Assembly: GCA_012295275.1 (NCBI GenBank) | Contig: CM022670.1 | Span: 40,982,001 to 41,046,000, forward strand | Direction of reading: 5' to 3' | DNA: 64,000 nt | Source: Chrysomallon squamiferum | Lineage: Eukaryota > Animalia > Mollusca | Shown: positions 28,120 through 40,200 of the stretch, in pieces | How the letters are laid out: each line of letters begins with the position of its first letter | Numbering within the stretch: position 1 is the first letter of the stretch | Notes under the pieces: model-generated | Seen by the model: only the letters and a program-made list of their open reading frames with translations | What the model was told of the DNA's origin: nothing | Databases searched by the model: none | Program-made: the position numbers and the translations under genes

Positions 28120-30459
28120 CAATATAACAGATCATTTTTATAAATGTATGGCTTTTGTCTTGCGTGAGTGTGCATGAATGCATGTGATGTGAAGTGTGTG
28201 TGTGTGTGTGTATGTATCATGTGTGTGAAATGTATGGCTCTGTCTGTGCATGAATGCATGTGTGTGTGTGTGTGTGTGTGTGTGTGATGTACAAATATGT
28301 TATGATGATGATGATGATGATATAATGCAAAACACACTAATTCCAGCTAACATTAATTCCAGCTCAAACCTCACTGTAACCTGCAACTAAGTTTAGTAAG
28401 AGTAGCACACGAGTGAGATGTAATTAGTGCTCTGTTGTTATCTCACTGGGGATCACTGTTTTACATCTAACAAAACTTTCACTGTTATTGTATCACTTCT
28501 GTTTGATAAGTCCCAGTTCCATAACATCAGAGGGCCTTACTGGTTTTGTTGTTTTGTTTTTTGTTTTTGTGAAGAGGAACATGTTTGTTGAGATATGGAA
28601 CAGATTAGGTTGTTCTTGTGATTATTTTTATTTAAAAAAAAAAAACAAATTTTGCTAGCTAATTAAATTGTTGATGAAATATTATTTGTAATAATGTTCA
28701 AATTGATGTATTTTTATGTTTAGTACTGTTAATGTTTAAAATTCTGAATGACCTCACTAGTTTATATGTTAAAGTTTTCTGTCAGACAGTGTTCTAGTAA
28801 ACTGTAGCTGCTCTCTGTGCATATGTATATAATTTATGCATTGTGTTTTATTTCTTTCTTTTTTTTTCTGACCTAGCAAATGTATTTTTATGCTGGTTTT
28901 TATCATGAGTATCCATGTTTATGTATCTGTACATGCATGCATGTGTGTGTGTCTGTGTATACATGTATGCATGTTATGTCTGTATATATGATACATTCTG
29001 AATATCTGTACAACACAAGTTCTAAGTAATTATAAATATATTCTGTGTTTCTCTGTTATTTATGTAACAAATTCCACCCTCATTAACAGAACACTAACCT
29101 GGAATACCTGGCTACAGAACACTAACCTGGAATACCTGGCTACAGAACACTAACCTGGAATACCTGGCTACAGAACACTAACCTGGAATACCTGGCTACA
29201 GAACACTAACCTGGAATACCTGGCTACAGAACACTAACCTGGAATACCTGGCTACAGAACACTAACCTGGAATACCTGGCTACAGACTGTTAGTCAACAT
29301 TTGTTATTTCTCAAAACACACACTGTCCATTGTTAACCTCCAATTTAATTAACACGAGCTAGAAGATTCTACGTTTTGCAGTGAAATTAAAATATTTAAC
29401 TGAATTAATAATGCTATGAATCACATGGAAGTGTAATCAACAAAAATAATGTAGATAATAATCAGAAAACTTCAGGGGCTTTAGTAAGAAAACACAACTG
29501 TGTAACAAGGAACATAACAACTACCATATATCCACATAAACATATCTGTGTACTAAAAATAGATACAGTGGTGTAGGAATACATTAATTATAATTAAACA
29601 GCAACAGTGGTTCAAAAAAATTAAATATCTAAATTTTCACTGCCATTGTCATCACATAACTTCCATGTATTAAATTTGTTTACACTGAAATTTGTGAATT
29701 CTCTGTATCATTTCTTAGTAAATGAAAAGGAAAACAAACTGATACAGAATGCAAATAATGGTAAACAAAAAGTTTACTTTTGGTGCATGATTTAGAATCA
29801 TATTTTGTTGACTTCTTAATTTTAATTCTTAATAAAAAAAAAAAGATAAATTATACATCAGAAAGAAAATAAAAGCTTCTTAGTTATTGTTGAAGTATCA
29901 TCATCTACTGTCAGAATGATTTATGCTTGGAAATTGTCTGACAAAACATTTACATTTAAATCTAGAACTCAGCCATTAATATAAATAAAAGACAATTCAT
30001 TTAATATTAAGAATTTGGAGAAAAAATAAAGTTAGAATCATCTAAAAGTCTAAATCTGTGTTATCATTTTGTCTTCAGGTATGTACCTCTTAATCATAAC
30101 AGGCTGAACACTGACAAGAAGAATTTAATTTAAAATTATTTAACAGTTTAGAATCACACAGCTTTGTAGTATAATCCCTGTTTTGGGATACTTTACATTT
30201 TTCCAAAAGGGAAATAACTCCATGTGTTTTATAATTTGTTTATAAAATGCCAGTCTAAGATATCCAAGATATCTGCAAACGATGCATACAGAATGAAAAC
30301 TGAGGTTTGTTTGAGATAAATATCAGACATTTTCTACTAATTATTCTATGTTTGCTTAGATTTTGGTTGGTTTGTTTATTTGTTTGTTTGTTTATTTATT
30401 ATCGTTTTTATTTGGACAGTGATTTTTGTGTCAAGTTGTTTATCTTATATTTTTTTAAA

Positions 30460-30504
<45 letters not shown>

Positions 30505-32654
30505 GGAGGTTTCTTTAACTTTTCTTATGTTTTTTTTGGCATAAAGTTTTCCATTTTCCTTTAATCTTTTTTATTTTTTTTGAGGAGCATACATTTTTTA
30601 ATATGTACTATAAACATGATCTATAAAACATGATTGAACTCAACAATAACTTTACCATATATAAATAAATAAATAACTAATAATAAAAATTTCTGAAATA
30701 TCCTTATTAAAATAAAGCAAACATTGAACAAAATACATATTTTTAAAGGCAATAATATATTTTAAATGTTACTGGTTATAATTTTAAAATTTTAATTTTA
30801 CAATGCATCTGTTGCTTTAATGATTTATCAGTGAATCTGTTTTATTTTGTTTTTATTAATTAACACAAATAATGTTAAAAATAACTAACTTATTCCAAAC
30901 AGATTTCTGATGCTGTTTTTTGTTGTTGTTTGTTCTACATCTTTCTTTTTTTTTTTTTTTTTTTTTTTAATTTCTTTTGTGTGTTTTTTGATGGGGATGT
31001 GGGTATTGTTTTTTAAAAAATGGTTAATAAATTTGAAGTATTATTCAGGATTTTAAGAGCTGTAATGGATTTTATTTATTTATTTATTTATTTTTCTGTG
31101 TTTATAATGCATAATGGGTTTTTTATTACAGATAAAAAGAGATGTGATAAGTTTTCAGCCAGCAGTGGTATTATACTGACAGGACACAAAATCTATAACT
31201 AATATCATTACCCCACTGCCAGAGAACCTGTGTGTGTGATATGCAAGCCCCTTACTTCGTGTAATCTCCTGATAAACACACAACAGATCAATAAACCAGC
31301 AACTAATGCCTCAACTCAGTTAAAATAAAATTCTGAGTGACAATGAGCCACTGAACACAAACCATGTCAGTTATAAACCAAGAACAAGAAAAAAAAAAAA
31401 AAAAAAAAATAAATAAAAACCTGTAACAAATTATGTGAAAATCTATACTCAGAGAATGTTATCTGTGTGAAGTACATGAAAAATATTACTCATAAAATAA
31501 TTACATGAAATAAAAATAATCTGTGAAAATCTTGTAACTAGATGACTGTTTGATAATAAAGGATGCATCCAATTTACATTAAATAAAATGTACACCACCA
31601 TGACTGTCAAATTGGTGGATTTATTTGTGCTTGTAGCATTACATATTACTGACAAAGACTTGCATCTTACAAGTGTGAACTCCAGTGAGAATATAACAAA
31701 ATAAGAAGACTGTTTGTCAGGTATTTTCATATGTGATGATATGAACATATCATATTTGTGTTTTTTGTAAAAAGCCTTTTTATTTGCTTTATCTCATTTT
31801 AGAACCTAAATTAATCTTCACAAATGTAGTAACAATTTCTGCATTATTTCAAACTACTAAAGACATTTGTACCCATTCCTTAAAAGACTAATATTGGAAA
31901 AGTTTGTCTTATTTTAAATGCATTTATATTGTGTTTAAAAAATAAGAATATTATAGTTCAAAACACTTTAAAGCAGTTTTTGGGGGTGGGGAGTTTGATA
32001 GAATGACTTACCCTTTCTGTGGCAGCAGAAGCAAACTTTGTTGCACCCACAGCAAATGTTGCCCAACTCTAGAAAGTAAACAAACAAACGTTAAATTTAA
32101 AAATTCTTAACACAAAAACAAATCAGTTAACTATTCATATTCAAATTATGTTTAAACTGACAACTAAAATAAAGATGACTAACACTTTCTTACAAAACAG
32201 AGTACGGACACACAGCTTAAAAATCAGTTATTACTGAACTGCATATGTTAAAGGTGCTTCTTGTTTAAACAGGTTTTCACTGATTTATACAGGACAAGTA
32301 CTATAGTTGTATAGACCTTCCAGAGTTACCTCCCTGTTCCTATTATAAATGAGTTAGAACATAACAAGTAATAATATTTTTATGGCAGATGAATTTTGAT
32401 GATGATGTCATTGTTTGTTAGTTTGTTGTAACAGGATATTCAGTAACATAAAGAGACATGAATATAACTGAAATAAAGATTGACTGACACAACTGAGATT
32501 GGATGTCAGAACATTTTACAGCATACATGCACAAAAAATGTTTATTTCAAGAAAAAAAAAAATATATATATATATATATATAATAAATAAAAAAATACAA
32601 ATAAATAAATAAACTACAATAAATAAATAAACAAACAAATAAAATACAAACAGA

Positions 32655-32685
<31 letters not shown>

Positions 32686-35600
32686 AAAATAAAAAATAAA
32701 TAAAAAAATAAAATACAAATAAAAAACCAAATAAAATACAAATAAAAAACCCAAATAAAATACAAATAAATAAATAAATAAAATACAAACAAACAAACAA
32801 ATAAATAAAATATAAACAAACAAACAAATAAATAAAATAGAGTGAAAAAGAAAGAAAGAGGAAAGTGAACTCACTGATTGTAGAGATGACAGGGTGTTAT
32901 CAAATACGTCGTCTCTCTCTGGTTGTACAGGACTGCTTCCAAAACCCACGTACTTCCCTCCCTGGCTGGGAGGCAAGTCACTGCAACAGAATAACAGACA
33001 CTTTAAACAGGTTTATAATAGAAACACTACAGTGATCTATTGTGTTCACAAATATATACACTTGATTGTAATCAAATCAACCATTATTAAAATCTTTACA
33101 TCAAACTTACATCACATGAAAATAACATTACACAAACTTATGTAATTTATTAACAATTGTTGATTTTTTTTCATTTTCATTTTTTGAAAATGTTTTATTT
33201 CAGATATTTTTTCCAACTGTCTGTCTTCTGTCTATCCATCAATCCATCCATCCATCTATCTACCCATCCATCATTCTATCCATTGATCTATCTATCTATC
33301 AAAATATATCTCATTTTTTTAATTATCTTTATTATTTTTCATTTTATCTTCAGGTAGTTATTTCATTGTTTATATCAATTATATTTACAGTTTATTGTTG
33401 ATTCAGGGATTTTTATTTAGGCTATTAAATATTTCAACATTCAAAAAAACACTTTTAACAAGGTGAATTTATTTTGGTTCTTGTTATTTTCATAACACTT
33501 ACTCTGGTCTGGAGGAATTCTCAGCTATTCTTCTTTCAAAGAAGTCTTGTTTTTGCTGTTTGAATTCATCACTAACATAAAAAAATTAATAAATTATTTA
33601 AATTTATGGAATTTATGCTTGTACTGTTGTACTCTGTAATTTTATTCCCTAAATTTGTTTTAAAAAGTTTAACCTGAAAAACAAATTCATTGATGATTGG
33701 GGTTTAGAAATCATATAAATTTTCTATTTCTTTGCACAGTGAAAGATTGGTAGTTAGATTTAATGGCCCTGAAAATAGGATACATTAAAGAAACATTTAT
33801 ATCAACAAACACTGAATAACTGTCAAAGCTTAATTGGTATGAAAAGATTAATTAGATTGTAATGGACATCGAAGAAATTGCTAGGCTGAAAGAAAGTTGA
33901 CATACCTTTTGTTACACCAGATTTCATTTTTTTAAATTAAATTAAAGATATAAATGTTTATCTATGAGAAGTAAAGGGAGAAAACATTTTAATCTGTTTG
34001 TAATGTACAAAATAGAAATTTCTTTTACTAATTACAGCAGTAAGCTGAATAACATTATTTTTAAAACTTTTAAAACAGAAGGAAATTATTCTAACTTATA
34101 TCTCAAAAAAACAGAAATAATAACAAATATGTTCTAAAATATTTAAATATTTTTGAAAATACTAAGCTCTACTCAACACTGAATCAACATATAATGAACA
34201 ACACTGACAAATGAGAATACCTTTGAAAATTGATGTTGTCATGGAAGTTGTTTTGCAGCTCACTGCTGCTGTGACTGAGATGGATATTGCCGGTGTTGGA
34301 TGAACTTAAGTTAGACAGTCTAGGTTGAGATGCGGATGTGTTTAGTCTGGAGGAGAAAGAGACGTAGTTCCTAGCAGGAGACGTCTCTATACTCCATGTC
34401 CCACCTTCTGCTTCTGTAGCAATCTGAGAATGTCAAAACAACAATCAATAAACACTTACAAAACAAACACAATAAATGAAACATATACAACAACAAGAGG
34501 TTCATGTTTTGGAAAACTAACAGTCTGGAACTTCAGGTCAGTACATTTGTAATATGGTTAAAGAACTGCTTAGAAAAATTGCTTAGAGTTTAGTGTTTTT
34601 TAAACCTTTCAAGCAGCTTCTAGGAGAATGTGACACTTTGTAATTTCTAACATTATTTTTAGTCTATCAACATAACCCCAATGCACAACAAAGGCTGGTG
34701 AAAGAGACACTTAAAAAAAGCATTACAGATATAAATATGTTTACAATTATTCTGAACATTTTTATTGCCCTCAGTTAATGTGACAATCAGCAGGAATTTT
34801 ATTTGTGACTCATATATTTTCCTAATCATTGTTCATAAATTTATTGTGGTGAAAGGTCAGGTTTCTAAAAGCCCTATTACATCATGGTCATATACAGAGA
34901 TAACAAAACAATTACAAATAGAGACTACACTGACTTTGTACTGCTTTAACACATTCCTCCACAAACTGGTTTATGTGAAGTATTCTTAATGGTTATCTAA
35001 AGAAGAGGTTTAATAAGCATCTTCTCAAGAGTCACTGAATTAGAAAATTGTATCTGAGAAAATGAATGAGGTTTTTTAAGAACAGAACTATTTCAATATG
35101 CACAGAATTTTGCACATTTTTCAATAACAGTAAACAGTAAACCTTACACCTATAGATCAAAAAGCTAACTTTAAAAAATTACTCTCTGGATATTAAGAGA
35201 AATTTTCCTACATCATTACATTTAGTTAAAGAAGGTCAGTGATTGGGTGTGGTTACCTTGTCTCTGTAGAGGGCCGCAGCCCGAGTGTTGTACTTCTCCT
35301 GTATACTCATGCCAGCATGATAATCCGACTGAGATTCAAAAAAATTCTTCGCTTTTCGGTTGCCTCCAACCTTCATCTTTTCCAGTTCAGTGTCTTTCCA
35401 TTTGTCCATAGTTACTGATCGGACAAAACTGAAATAGGTTTTAATATATTAAAAAAAAAATGTTATACATTGAATTAAATATAAAAATGTAGGACATCAT
35501 AACCTGATAAAGAAAATTCAAAAATAAATTCAGATTTACAGTATACAGGATTTTAGTCAAGCTTTTAATATTTTCTTGTATTCATGTTAATATAGTGTTA

Positions 35601-36891
35601 AAACTTGAAAAGACTAATCTGAATAGTTTAATGCATGGTGTAAAATATCGCAAATATATCTGACAAATAGATCCAAAATATTCACATGAACACAGTACAA
35701 AGTAGCAGAAACAGTCACATTTCACTATTTTATGTGAGTTAAAGTTTTAAATGATCCATTTCTTTTATTCTGTAGATTATATATATTAGACAGACTACAG
35801 ATATCAGCTATTTCTGATTTACCTTAAATGTACACCAAGGCCTCTATGTTTTCCTGAACATTCCAGACAAATCCATATACCATATGTAACACTAACCCAC
35901 TGGGGATTATGAACCCCACATTCAAAACAGTTCTGAAATGAGAGAAATTAATAATATAAATAAACAAAAAATGTAAAAACATTTATTTTTAAAAATCAAG
36001 GCTCTACATGTTAGGAGACAAACAGTTTTTTTTTGTTACAATATAATAATTTTTAATTTCAGATCTACTTCAAATATGAGATCCCTTTGTTGATTCTAAT
36101 GTGAATTTAACATATTTGATTTGCCTTTATATGGGTATGTTACTATGTACATATATGTGAATCAGTCAACAGTAAGTTTTAAATTTCAAATAACTACTTA
36201 TAAGTTTTCAGCTTATTTAAAAACTGACTTGTCTAAACAAAAGAAATAAATATATCTGAGAAATTTTATATTTGGTATAGAAATTAGTTATTGTCAGAAG
36301 TCCAAAATTATACTTACTTAAAAGTATTTTAAATAACAATGGTAAGTTAGTAAAGCTTACCTCTATACTTACAGACATATTTTAATTCAAATTATATTTA
36401 TTATTTTATATAATAATATTATTAACAACAACGACGTACATATATCGTTGTATATAATTTAGACTTAACAAACATCTACATGGATATTTTTATCCCTTTA
36501 TGTCATTTCAATGCAAATATAGTACATTATTAAAAAATTATCTATATAAAATGTATCAATACTATTATATATTATTATACTTAAAATTGTAGTAATTAAC
36601 GTCTTAACACCTGCTACGATTGTAACAGATACTAGATACTAAGATAGATAGATAGATAGATAGATAGATATGAAACGGCTTATATTTCAACTTTTAAGTC
36701 AATAATAAATGAAGTTATTTGTGAATGATGTCACAGCCACTGGGTGACTGGCACAGTGGCAGATTGTAAATTTAATTAATACGAGATGAGTTTTGCGTAA
36801 CTATTTTCAAAATTAATTACTTAAAACTTACGCTGTTTCCATCTTTAACTTTCAGGTCTTTTAGGACTCTTCGAGTCCTTGGACTAGCCAT
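8567..36891 (-). CDS. ARFGAP1: ADP-ribosylation factor GTPase-activating protein 1 (spliced, ~520 aa with one 60-nt exon, ~540 aa with both)
   Basis: Exons (minus strand): 36832-36891, 35823-35932, 35257-35428, 34221-34423, 33503-33571, 32875-32980, 32012-32068, 15325-15414, [13431-13490 and/or 10454-10513], 9532-9668, 8567-9065. All are GT-AG and phases are consistent. Translation begins [67 protein letters not shown] (ArfGAP C4 zinc finger plus catalytic Arg). It also has [13 protein letters not shown], the ALPS-like region [20 protein letters not shown] and a Trp/acidic C-terminal tail. Confidence 0.96.
9663..9870. repeat. 31-bp tandem repeat containing the ARFGAP1 exon 10 acceptor
   Basis: CAACTGTCAAATAAAACATTCTCAACATTGT in three near-perfect copies, then decayed copies. 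Confidence 0.9.
10454..10513 (-). CDS. ARFGAP1: ARFGAP1 exon 9b (60 nt, [20 protein letters not shown])
   Basis: ttacag acceptor, GTAAGA donor, phase 0-0. Resembles the VKEGKIFDDVSSGVSQLASK-type segment of vertebrate ArfGAP1 (recalled, not aligned). Confidence 0.88.
13431..13490 (-). CDS. ARFGAP1: ARFGAP1 exon 9a (60 nt, [20 protein letters not shown])
   Basis: ttgtccag acceptor, GTGAGT donor, phase 0-0, homologous to exon 9b. Confidence 0.8.
16360..16800. repeat. Degenerate (CA)n region
   Basis: Direct. Confidence 0.85.
18137..18298. repeat. (CA)n microsatellite
   Basis: Direct. Confidence 0.95.
19032..19868. repeat. Minisatellite, 49-bp unit, ~17 copies
   Basis: GAACTTAGTAAAGTCTTGTTTGCCAGCCAGTTTGAAATGACTACAGTCT repeated head-to-tail. 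Confidence 0.97.
19950..20410. repeat. Minisatellite, 40-bp unit, ~11 copies
   Basis: TTTCAACTGAATTTAGTTCAATCTGAATTTATCCAAAACC and variants. Confidence 0.93.
21800..22078. repeat. Compound (ATT)n/(GTT)n/(TTTTTA)n microsatellite
   Basis: Direct. Confidence 0.9.
22170..22735. repeat. Minisatellite, 20-bp unit, ~28 copies
   Basis: GTTCAAGTAAGTAACCTACT and single-base variants. Confidence 0.97.
29086..29286. repeat. Perfect minisatellite, 28-bp unit, 7 copies
   Basis: ACAGAACACTAACCTGGAATACCTGGCT x7. Confidence 0.97.
35257..36891 (-). CDS. ARFGAP1: ARFGAP1 coding exons 1-3 (ArfGAP catalytic domain)
   Basis: 60+110+172 nt. CFEC-x16-CLEC-x4-R motif, then [10 protein letters not shown] and [15 protein letters not shown]. 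Confidence 0.96.
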
Positions 36892-37241
36892 TTTTAAAGA
36901 AACTTCAAGAGCTTTAAATCACAGAGAAAAAATAAATATTGATAAGATCGCCCACTTTCTATGGTGAGTTGTCAGTCGGCCATTAAAAAATAAAATCCAA
37001 ATAAACCGCATATACGTAGATGTTCTTCGAAATATATATCAGTAACAATATTTATATTATATTCAAATAAAAACAAATTATTTTATAGTGGTAAGAGTAT
37101 TATTATTATTATATTATAGTACTTATTTATATAGATTCGTATGTAACTTTTATTAATTAATGTTATAGCTTTACTTAAGCTAAAGAAAATGGCGGCGATC
37201 ACAAATAATAAATATTGGCTTTTGCTTAAATAATGATAACA
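36892..37241. promoter_or_regulatory. Bidirectional promoter shared by ARFGAP1 and TAF2
   Basis: Divergent start codons are ~350 bp apart. CpG is locally enriched, and a YY1/TISU-like GAAAATGGCGGC sits at 37185-37196. Confidence 0.8.
37189..37233 (+). other. Upstream ORF (MAAITNNKYWLLLK*) before TAF2
   Basis: ATG in strong context (AAAATGG). Its stop TAA at 37231-37233 overlaps ATG 37233-37235, which is in the TAF2 frame. Confidence 0.5.
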
Positions 37242-40200
37242 ATGTACCCAAATACATCAGTCAGAAAAGATACAAAGCCTGATGCCCAGAGACCTTTTAA
37301 ATTAGGTAAAGGAACATTAAGGAGTTTAAAAAAAAAATTGCACAAGTGAAAGTCGCGAAAGTTTTTAATTTTAATATTTGAATTTTGGGGTACATTTAAA
37401 AATGATTTATTATTTTATAATAATTAATAATACTTATTAACTTATTTAATTTTTGCAGTTATATTAATTATTATGTAACATAGTCACATAGTATAAGCTG
37501 GAACAGAAAAGCTAAAAGAATGCTGATACTGCCAAATTTTAACTGTTTCATCTGTGTCAAATAAGAAATAGAAATTCATTAATTGATGTTCACTCTTCAT
37601 CAAGTTCATGTCCTGTTAATTATAGTTTCCGTATTTTTTCATCTCTTTTGGCTTTTCATTAACAGTACCAGAATGTGTCAACTGTATTTTAATATCAAAG
37701 AATTTAGATTTAATTATTTACATTTCAGCTCATCAGACATTATGTATAACTGGGATCAATTTTGAAAAACAGCTGATTGTTGTAAGTTTACATTGAAACA
37801 TTCTATTTTATTTTTATCATTACTATTTTTTGTTACCTAATTTTTTTTTTTTTTTTTTTTACTTAATTTTTGAAATTATTATATATATATATTGTTAGTT
37901 TAAAAAAAAGAAAAAAAAAAAGATGTTTTATGAATAATTTCAGGGCTACGTGGAACTGGCGCTTCATCCTCAGCGTCCAGACCTGAGACGACTCAAAATA
38001 AACAGCAAACAATGCAGTATCCTTTTATTTTAATTAATTTTAAGTCTGTTATTTCATTCTGAAAAGAGTTTTATATAGACAGCTGACAGAAGAAACATTT
38101 CTGTGTCATCTCCTTTGTCAAAGGTAATTGTACTTGATGTCTTGTCTTTAAGGAGCAGTGTTTTTACTAAATTTTTTTCTTTTCACTTTCACTTCAGTAA
38201 TACTTCAGATATTTTAATATTCATTACATCATTTAAAAAAGAGTATTGATGATTTATCATGATTAATATAAAATTAACTATAATATTTTTGAGTAGAGTA
38301 TCAGTTGTTAACGTAGGTTGAGGATCCTTTATCCAAAATATTTTTCAAGAATCAGAAATAGATCACTGCAGTGTTTTGATTGTTTGTATATATATTTACA
38401 AAATTTATTTTATGTACAAAATTTCTATAAATATTATTTATATCAAATATCCTGTAGACTATTTGTGTAAGCTATAAATGAAATATAAATGGTATTTGAA
38501 TTTAGACAGATTCTATTCTCTGAAAAATTCTGAAATCCAAGACTGTTCCAATCTCAAATATTCTCAGTCTGTATTAAGTTTCCATCAGTGAGTTATTTGG
38601 AATGTGGAAGAGGAAATGTAATAATGTATTAAGAGAAGAATAAGAATAGCTATAATGTTAAGTATGAAGTGCAGATGTTTTTCTTAGCCTGGTCAGGAAT
38701 CTACAGAGTGTGTGTTAATGATCACTGGGAGGCTCCTTTTCTCTACAATGACCCAACACTGGAAATCTGCCAGGGCGACGTTAAACAGTAAGAGTTAAAA
38801 AAATTTAAAAAAATATATTTTCTGCATGTGTGTCTGTGTGTGTGTGTATCTGTATCAGTTTGTGTGTGTGTATTCTGCCAGGATGACTTTAAACAGTAAG
38901 ATTTATATTAAAAAATATATGTCTGTTTGTCTCTGTGTATGTTTGTGTATGTATTCTGCCAGGGTGATGTTAATCAGAAAGAGTTAAAAAATATACAAAA
39001 TAAAGTCTGTGTGTGTGTGTGTGTGTGTGTGTGTATTCTGCTTGGATATTAAGAGTTTGTTCAACATTAATAGTCAAAAAATAAAAACATAAATTGTGTA
39101 GTTTCAGGCACAGTTTGTGTTTGAATGAGTGGGTATGTCTTTGTGTGTTTTGGGGTCTGTGTGTGGATGTGACTCTGTGTTGAGAAGTTGACAGCATAGA
39201 TTACCTGTAGCTAGTTCTTTCATCTATAAATAAATACATTTAGAAACACAAAAGTATTGATATGTATAACATTTAATATTCTTTAGTATTCAACAGTTTT
39301 ATTCATTTAAGATAATTATTATTTTTTTTTTTAAATTATTTTAGTTTTCAGCAGTTTGACATAAAATCTTAATACACATTTTGTTTGTTAAAGAATTTGA
39401 ATAAAAATATTTTTATATCAGTTGAACATTTTTATTTTCTCTGTGCAGACGAAACTTGGACTTTTTCCAGAATTGTCACTTGTCAGCCATGACAGCGGTC
39501 GACGCTGACAACACAAACGGCGAAGTGACAATCCGACTGCCACAGATTGTCTGGCCTCTTATTACAGGTATCAGTATCATTATAACATTTAATTTTTATA
39601 ATGTGTTTGGGGGAGGGTGAGAGAAAGAAAGAGAGATGGAGAGAGATAGAGAAAGTGTAAGTAATGATGACTGTAAAAAGTAACAGGAATGATGGGCATA
39701 CTGAAGTAGCAGTAGTAGAAGTAGTAACTAATGTTATAACAATTTAACTGTATAGCAGCTAAAAGTAAAAACTAGCTATTGTAAGAGTATTAGTTAATAG
39801 CAGAAGTAATAATAATTAATAGTAACTGTTGTAATTTCATATTCATACAGGTAAAAGTAATATTAAATTTTTTTGATATTTTAATGCATTGTAGATAGCA
39901 GTTGTTGTTGTAGTATTTATAATCGTACAGGTAAAAGTAATATTACATTTTTTGGATATTTTATTGTGTTGTAGAACTCAGGCCGTTAAGAGTTTGTATT
40001 GAGTTTTCACTGGAGAAGCCCCAGGGAGGGATACACTTTGTGGTTCCGGACATTGAGGGGACACTCGCAGAAAAAAGTGCTCACATGTTTACATGTGCCC
40101 AGGAAAACACAGCCAGGTAAACTTTTTGTATTTTCTTTTTTAATTCTTTTTTTTTTTTTTTTATTTGTAGTTTTATTTGTAGTTTTATTATTATATTCTT

